Below, one piece after another: positions 57,610 to 64,000 of a stretch of 64,000 nucleotides of DNA (position 1 is its first letter; each line of letters opens with the position of its first letter). Where the stretch lies: positions 186,001 to 250,000 of the forward strand of contig NW_005201144.1 of NCBI RefSeq assembly GCF_000372725.1. The letters are read 5' to 3'. A program made the translations under genes and the position numbers. This DNA is from Emiliania huxleyi CCMP1516. Taxonomy: Eukaryota. Under the pieces are notes generated by a model. It had not been told where the DNA came from, made no database searches, and worked only from the letters and a program-made list of their open reading frames with translations.

Positions 57610-58758
57610 GGCACGTACTCCATAGACGTGAGACGAGTGAGGATACAACATGCACATGCAGTACACATTGATTCGTGTTGTGTGCAAAAGAGGTGATATG
57701 TGTGTGAAGTGACAAGTGTGTCACTTGACACAATGACACTGTGATCTACATAAGGTAAGGTAAGGTAACGTAAACGTCTCCACACACACAAAGTGGTGGG
57801 GCAAGGGGGGGCGACCCTCGCATCTCCACGCCCGGACACGGGCAGGAGCCCCACGGCATTCAAAAAGTGCACAAGCACCGGCCCGGTGCCGTGGGTGAGC
57901 AACCTGCACCCCACTCCCTCCCTCCCAGACACAGGACCCACACACAACCCCCACAGCGTGGACGACTACGTGTTCAGAAACACCAAGCAGCGAGGCGAGG
58001 GTGAAGGGGTAAGGGGCTGTGTGGGGCAGAATCTACACTGTGATATTGTTTTTCATGGTGTGTTCGTCGCCCTTGTTTGTTGTGCCCTTGTTTGTTTCTC
58101 TTGGCACCTTGGAGTGCTGGGGGGGGCGACAGGAAGAATGTGGCCCTGAGTTATGTGTACGCCAACTCAGGGTGTGTGGCAGCCAGCTGGCTGTGTGTCT
58201 TGTGAGCCTGTTTGTGTCTGTGTGTCGCTCGTGCGTGTCGTCATCATCTGTCTTGCGTCCACCCATACCGCGTTGGTTGGTGTCCAGTCCGAGCCTGGCT
58301 GTTCTTCACCTTTCTACCTACCTACCTGGCGCTTTGCGCTGGTCTATGAGAGGTTGAGGTGCGAGCCCTGGAGGCCCTATGTATGTATGTAGAAAGGCCC
58401 TGGGGATGGGGGGAGACTACCCGCGGGCCTAGAAGGCCCGCGCGCAGGGGGGTGGGACATTGAGATTGAACATTCTTCTGTTCAGCGTGTGGACCACTTG
58501 TCCGAAAGAAAGAAAGAAAGAAAACAGACAGCCCAAGGGAGGGATGGGAGGACGGCACGCCGCCACCACACAGGGATTTTAAGGAGAGGAGTGTGGTGCA
58601 CTTGTCCGATCTCTCTCTCTCTCTCTCTCCGGGTTTTTTTGTCTGGCCGAGTCAACCCGCTGGGGCGAGCCTCGGCGAGACTGCGTCAGCTGCCGGCGCG
58701 CGAACCGACACAGGATTTACAATCGGCCTCGCGTGCAGTCCTGTTTTTCCGCTGGGCA

Positions 58759-61700
58759 ATGCCGACGGCTTGTCGCACCCTCAGTCGTCGCGCCACCGCT
58801 GTCGTCAGCCGCACCCGCCACAAGTCCTCCATCATCGCGCCTGCGTCCTCGCCCAGCGCGCCGCCGCCTGGCTTCCCGAGGCTGCCACTTTTGGGGTCGC
58901 TCCCCTGGTTCTCCAATCTCAGCCTTCCCGACGGCAGCAGCGTCCAAAGCCTGGATGAGCAGCACGAGTCCTGGGCCGAGGGCACTCGGCGGCACGGTCC
59001 GGTGTGGCGCGTAGGCATCCCGGGTCTCGGCAAGGGCATTTCCGGCGACCTCACCCTCTGTGCCGACCCACGCGAATTTGTCAAGGTGCTGCAAGCGGAG
59101 GGTAAGTACCCTTACGGCGCGATCCAGCTGCAGTGGCCATTCATCGTCTGGGCCACGAAGCACGGGCGCACGGTCGGCAAGCTCTTCACGCGCAGCGAGG
59201 ATTGGCGGCACATCCGGCACGGCATGCAGAAGAGCATCCTCCCGCCGGCCGCCGCGGCGGGCTACGCGGCCATCATCGGCACGACGGGCCGCGAGGTGGT
59301 CCTCAACGCGCCGCTCTGGGACGACGCGGGTTCGTTCATGTCGCGCGCCTCCTTCGACCTCTTTGCCGGGCTCGCGCTCGGCCGCCGCATCCGCGCGTCC
59401 GACCCGCGGCCCGGCGCGAGCCTCCCGGAGGACGAGCGCTTCTGCGTCGACACGATCGAGGCGCTCGACTTGCTCCCCGACGTCATTCAGGACTTGCCGT
59501 CCATTGCGATGAGCAGCCTCGGGCTTGAGTCGCCGATGATGAAGCAGTACTTCCGCGCCGTCAGCGGCGCGCTCGACTACGCCGAGGCGCAGGTGCGTCG
59601 CTCACCTCGCGCGCCAAGCGACGCTTCGACCACCTCCTCAGGGCACCCTGCGACGAGCGGCTCGGCCCGCCCCGACGCCGGCTTCCCGCCCACTCCCCTC
59701 GCGACTAGGTGCGTGAGATGCTCGCGAGGTTGGACGCCGCCGAGCCGCTCAGCACCGCCGAGGAGGCGTCGTACTTGGCGAGCACGGTCCGGACTCAGCG
59801 CGCCGCCGCAGCAGCGGGCGCGGCCGATGCGCTGACCGATGACGAGATCGTCGCCTCTGTCAGCGTCGCCCTCGTCGCCTCGGTCGACACCACCTCCTCG
59901 ATCGCCACGTGGGTGCTCGCCCACCTGGCGCGCGAGCCGGTGTGCGCGCAGACGCTGCAGAGAGACAGCCGAGAGACAGCCGAGTAGCAGAGAGACAGCC
60001 GAGAGACAGCAGAGTAGCAGAGAGACAGCCGAGAGACAGTCGAGTAGCCGAGAGACAGCCGAGAGACAGCCGAGTAGCCGAGAGACAGCCGAGAGACAGC
60101 CGAGTAGCAGAGAGACAGCCGAGAGACAGCAGAGAGACAGCCGAGAGATAGCCGAGAGACAGCCGAGATGCAGCAGAGACGCAGCAGGGAGACAGCAGGG
60201 AGACAGCAGGGAGACAGCAGAGAGACAGCAGAGACACGGCAGAGACGCAGCCGACACGCAGCCGAGACGCAGCCGCAGCAGAGACGCAGCAGAGATGCAG
60301 CAGAGATGCAGCAGAGACGCAGCAGAGATGCAGCCTCCCTCGCGCGCGAGCCGGTGCAGCGGCTGCCTCACACGGCGGCCGCCACCCTCACCCGCAGGAG
60401 GTGCAGCAGCGGCTCCGCGAGGAGGTGGCCGCCGCGCTGCAGCAGCACGCCGGCTCGCTCGCCGCCGTCATCGAGGAGGAGCTGCCCTACCTCAAGGAGC
60501 CTCCCTACCTTACCCTAACCCTAACCCTACCCCTACCCCTAACCCTACCCCTACCCCTACCCCTACCCCTACCCCTACCCCTACCCCTACCCCTAACCCT
60601 AACCCTAACCCTAACCCTACCTCAAGGAGCCACCCCTACCTTGGACCCCTCCCTCCTCCTGCCTCCCCCCCCCCCCCCCCAATCCCGCAACCTCCTCCTC
60701 ACCTTCCCTCCCTCCCTCCCGCCCGCCCCTCCCCTTCTCTCCCGACCTCCTCTCCTCCCTCCCCTGCCCCCCTGCCCGCGGGGCGTAGCGAGGTGCGCGT
60801 AAGGCGTGCACTGCCGGCATAGGCGGTGGTCCGCGAGACTCATCGGCTCACGCCCGCACTCGTCATCTCCTCGGTCAAGGAGGCGCCGGAGCTTGCCGCG
60901 CCCGCCCTTGCCTGGACCAGTCCGACGGCGCGGCATCCCTCCTCGACGCCGCCATAGGTGGACGCGGACATCGACCTCGCCGGCCACCGCATCCCCGCCG
61001 GCTCGCTGGTCGCGCTGGAGAACCACTCCCTGCAGGCCGAGGCCGCTTCAGACCACCCTAGGCCCCGCCGGAGAGGCTGCCCGAGCTCGCCCGAGCTCGC
61101 ACGAGATCACCCGAGAGCAGTCGACACTCTAGTAGTAGCTGCCGCATAGCGCAGTGTGCCGCACGCATCCGCCTCTTGTGGGCGGCAGCTAGGGCGGAAG
61201 TCGGCGTCACCTCCAGACCTCTCTCCTTCAGATGAGCGAGGCGCTCGTGGAGCAGCCGCGCGCCTTTCGGCCCGAGCGCTGGCTCGCAGGCGCGGTGGCA
61301 GAGCGGAAGGGCGCGCCGCCGCCCGAGATCACCCGAGATCATCACCCGAGATCGCCCGAGATCACTGCGGAAGGCGCAGCCGCGAGAGAGCTCCGCCGCG
61401 CCCCCCCAAACACACACACAGCGGCGCTCGACAGTGGTGCCGTGCAGTGACGTCCCGCCTCCCGGGAGGCGGGCGGGCGGCGCCTCTCCACACGCGTCGC
61501 GGCGGTGCGCGCAGGCACGCCGGCGGAGCTGATCGACCACCCGCTGCTCTCCGCCCCCTTCTCGGCCGGCGCGCGGAAGTGTCCCGGCTCGCGCGTCGCG
61601 ACGCTCGAGGTGCCCGCCCCGCCACCGCTCCGAGGGCTTGCCCGACCCTTTGCCCCGCGCCTTGTCCCGAGGCCGTCACTGCTTGCCCCCGCACGCTAGG

Positions 61701-62026
61701 TGCGGGCGCTCATCGCGGGCCTCGTCCACAACTGGCGCATCGGCCTCGTGGACGAGCGGCAGGAGCCCCCCCCACCCTCCCACCCTCCCCCCTCACCGCC
61801 CTCGCTGTCGTCCAGCCCGCCGCCCTCACCGCCTCCACCCCCACCGCCGCCGCTCGAGGCCGAGAGCGACTCGTCTCTCGCTGTGTAGGCGACGGTCCCC
61901 TACCGCTGCCAGACAACCATCGCGCCGACGATGCCACGCCTCCGCTATGAGCCGCTCACCGAGGAGTCGCGTGCCGTCGCTGAAGGTTTGCCACCACGAG
62001 GCGGTGGCGGCGTGTGTGCGCCGTAG
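58759..62026 (+). CDS. Cytochrome P450, ~9 exons, mitochondrial-type presequence
   Basis: PPGFPRLPLLG, EDWRHIR (C-helix), ASVDTTS (I-helix), LPYLK|AVVRETHRL (ExxR), FRPERW, PFSAGARKCPG (heme). The last exon frame is inferred. Confidence 0.9.
59958..60335 (+). repeat. Intronic GAGAGACAGC(C/A)/GAGATGCAGCA tandem repeat
   Basis: 10-11-nt units inside P450 intron 59940-60397. Confidence 0.95.
60503..60620 (+). repeat. Interstitial telomere-like (CCCTAA/CCCTAC)n tract in an intron
   Basis: About 19 hexamers inside P450 intron 60497-60822. Confidence 0.9.
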
Positions 62027-62592
62027 CCATCCACTCTACCCCGCAGAGCACACGAGCTCCCAGCCTCTCAGCTCTCACGGGCCCTGCCGTCAAGAGAAGG
62101 CAGAGGAGTTTTTTTGTTTCGCGGCTGTATCGGGAGGGGCGTGACACGACACATCGGCGACACTCTTACTGTTAAATGATAGTACCGTACACGGAGGCAG
62201 TGCGCGTTCGGAGGGCCGGCTTGGCGCCTTGGGGTCGCCTCGGAGCGGCCCCGGGGAGGTGGGTGGAGGGCGCAGGACGGGTCGACGCGGGTCGGCGGGT
62301 GCACCACACCGCCAACGCGCAACGGGCAGGCCGCGGCTGAAGTCTCGACGAAGATTTGGGAGATCTCAAAGGCGGGACTAGAGACTGAGATCTGCCCTGA
62401 AATCTTTAGGCCTCACTCCTCTCGAAAATCTCTAACGGACAGACTAGAGATTTCCATTTGACTGGCTGAGCACAGGAGTCTGCGGACGCGGCTTCGTAAC
62501 GTAGTCGGACAAGTGTGAAGTGAGAGCCAACTAGAGTGCGCGCCCCATGTGCCTTGACGATGACCCTGGTCCCATGTGCCTACTTTGCCCGC

Positions 62593-63204
62593 TCACAGCA
62601 AAGCCCGCGCCTTGTGGGCCTCGAAGCGGCGGCGGTACTCCGCCTCCGGAATCCTCGCGTGGCCCTCGTGGCGCTTTTTAGCCTCCTTCAGAGCCCGCTT
62701 CTGCTCCGCCGCCTTGAACTGCGAGTAGGCGCGCTCCTCGTCCGACGGCGGCCCGGCGGCCGAGCGCCGGCCGCGTCCCCCCGCTGCGCCAAGCCCCGGG
62801 TCCGCGGAGGAGGGGTGGGAGGGGAGGGGCGGCTGCCCCGCGCGGCGGCGCAGCACGAAGCGGTAGACCACCGGGTTGGCATCGCTCGCAGGCCTCGCCT
62901 CGTTGACGGGCGCCTCGTACCACCGCTCCACGTCAAAGAGGCCGGAGCTGTCTGCAATCGGAACGCCAGTGCAGCTGTCGCCATCCACAAAGCACCACTC
63001 GTCGAAGCACCACTCTGGCGTCTCGCCCTCGTTGCAGTAGGGTGGCTTCAGCTCGTCCCACGCCCCGCAGCTTCCAAGGCCGTAAGTGAAATCGTATGTG
63101 TAGTCGACAGACCCAAGAGTCACAATGATGCCGTCGCTGCTGTGCCGATGGGGGTAATCACCCCAGCTGGCCAGGCAAGGGCAGGCGGGGTCCCCGGAAG
63201 ACAT
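62593..63204 (-). CDS. Cys-rich extracellular-type module joined to an unrelated charged tail (possibly chimeric/partial)
   Basis: CPC...YGLGSCGAWD...PYC...PEWCFDEWCFVD..SC, followed by EERAYSQFK...EYRRRFE. Confidence 0.45.
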   Translation of the reverse strand: MSSGDPACPCLASWGDYPHRHSSDGIIVTLGSVDYTYDFTYGLGSCGAWDELKPPYCNEGETPEWCFDEWCFVDGDSCTGVPIADSSGLFDVERWYEAPVNEARPASDANPVVYRFVLRRRAGQPPLPSHPSSADPGLGAAGGRGRRSAAGPPSDEERAYSQFKAAEQKRALKEAKKRHEGHARIPEAEYRRRFEAHKARALL

Positions 63205-63468
63205 CGGGGGCGGGATCGGCGGAGTATTCGTGCCCAGCTCCTTTAGGTACCACAGCAGCTTCTCGTCGGCCCAGTTGGTCGTGGAGGGTGGCTAGCTAGA
63301 GGGACGTCCACGCCGCGACTTGATTTTTAGCTGTTTCAAAAGAGCTCTCGAAACCTCGCGAGTGAAGGCGAAGCAACTGTTGCCGGCGACAAACGTAACG
63401 TCGCCCTCACCGAGTTTGATCACTAACTGCACCGAGGAGAGGAGCTGCCGGGCCTCGCGCTCGCGCGC

Positions 63469-63582
63469 ATGCCGTCCTGCCGTGCGGACTTCGAGTGGGG
63501 GCCGCGGCTCGGGACGGGCGCGTACGGCAGCGTCTTTCGCGTGCGTCGCTTTGCGGACGGGCTTCAGTACGTTGTCAAGGAG
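63469..63582 (+). CDS. First exon or fragment of a NEK-like protein kinase
   Basis: LGTGAYGSVFRVRRFADGLQYVVKE covers kinase subdomains I-II and is followed by a GT donor. No downstream exon is recognised in the window. Confidence 0.6.
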
Positions 63583-63595
63583 GTGGCGCGGGCCC

Positions 63596-63685
63596 CCCAA
63601 AAGAATTTACTCTCACGCGGCACACAGGCTCGACACAGGTGCGAACTGGCGCGTGCTAGTACTATCACCGGCACTCCCAAAAGAA
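63596..63685 (-). mobile_element. Family A-related 3' end with 10-bp TSD
   Basis: CCCAAAAGAA at 63596-63605 and 63676-63685 brackets a diverged UTR (ACTGGCGCG, ACACAGG). Confidence 0.55.
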
Positions 63686-63716
63686 ACCGCACAACCTCGT
63701 ATTTATTTCTGAGGGG

Positions 63717-63832
63717 TGGCCCGTCTACCGTCTACCGGTAGTACCGGTAGACGGTAGACCGTTTGGTAGACGAGTCTACCGCAGTCTACCGGTAGACTGG
63801 TGTCGTAGGTTCATTACGGTCTACCGGTAGAG
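63717..63832. repeat. Array of GTCTACC/GGTAGAC motifs in both orientations
   Basis: About 10 copies, including TCTACCGGTAGA palindromes. Confidence 0.85.
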
Positions 63833-64000
63833 CGTCGACGGCCCGGCCGGGGTCGCCCCGGGCGAGGACGGTGGCATTGGGTCCCACCCACTTCCATCCC
63901 CGGGAGGTCGGGCCCGCTCTCCCTGGTCGACGAGTCGTGCCCGCACCCGCGGCCTCTCTATCGTCCTTGGCTCTATCGGCTGGTACCGCCGGCTCCTCTT

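Noticed and set aside
60503..60620. Chromosome end
   Set aside because: The tract is internal to a P450 intron and mostly the CCCTAC variant.

Overview
GC-rich eukaryotic genomic DNA with two assembly gaps (6328-6427, 41656-42111), short GC-rich introns that often have GC donors, and many microsatellites. These traits are consistent with a haptophyte such as Emiliania/Gephyrocapsa huxleyi (inference). About 20 genes or gene remnants are recognisable by motif: a PX-domain protein, a GT61 glycosyltransferase, a GST, a permuted NlpC/P60 remnant, a START-domain protein, an FAD monooxygenase, a PH-domain protein, a dienelactone hydrolase, a HET-like/LRR protein, a 2OG-Fe(II) remnant, EMC6, an F-box protein, an F-box/Kelch pseudogene, a DHHC-like PAT, a GFA-like protein, a cytochrome P450 and a NEK-like kinase exon. 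The two most notable observations are as follows. (1) A ~1381-aa protein (minus, 19372-15148) fuses two Headcase(HECA)-N-like Cys/His domains to R3H, RRM, two KH-type domains, RanBP2 and CCCH zinc fingers and a UBA-like domain. (2) A CRE-like restriction-endonuclease LINE family has short 3' ends repeatedly bracketed by 10-19-bp duplications containing (A)ATTCTTTT, i.e. an apparent sequence-specific target, three times 20-30 bp upstream of a start codon. Also present are a zinc-ligand-less DHNC palmitoyltransferase, a mitochondrial-clan-like P450 with apparent GA-AG introns, several retroelement-like 3' ends with family-specific tandem tails, and a 942-bp TIR element. All domain calls are by eye from motifs; no database search was run.
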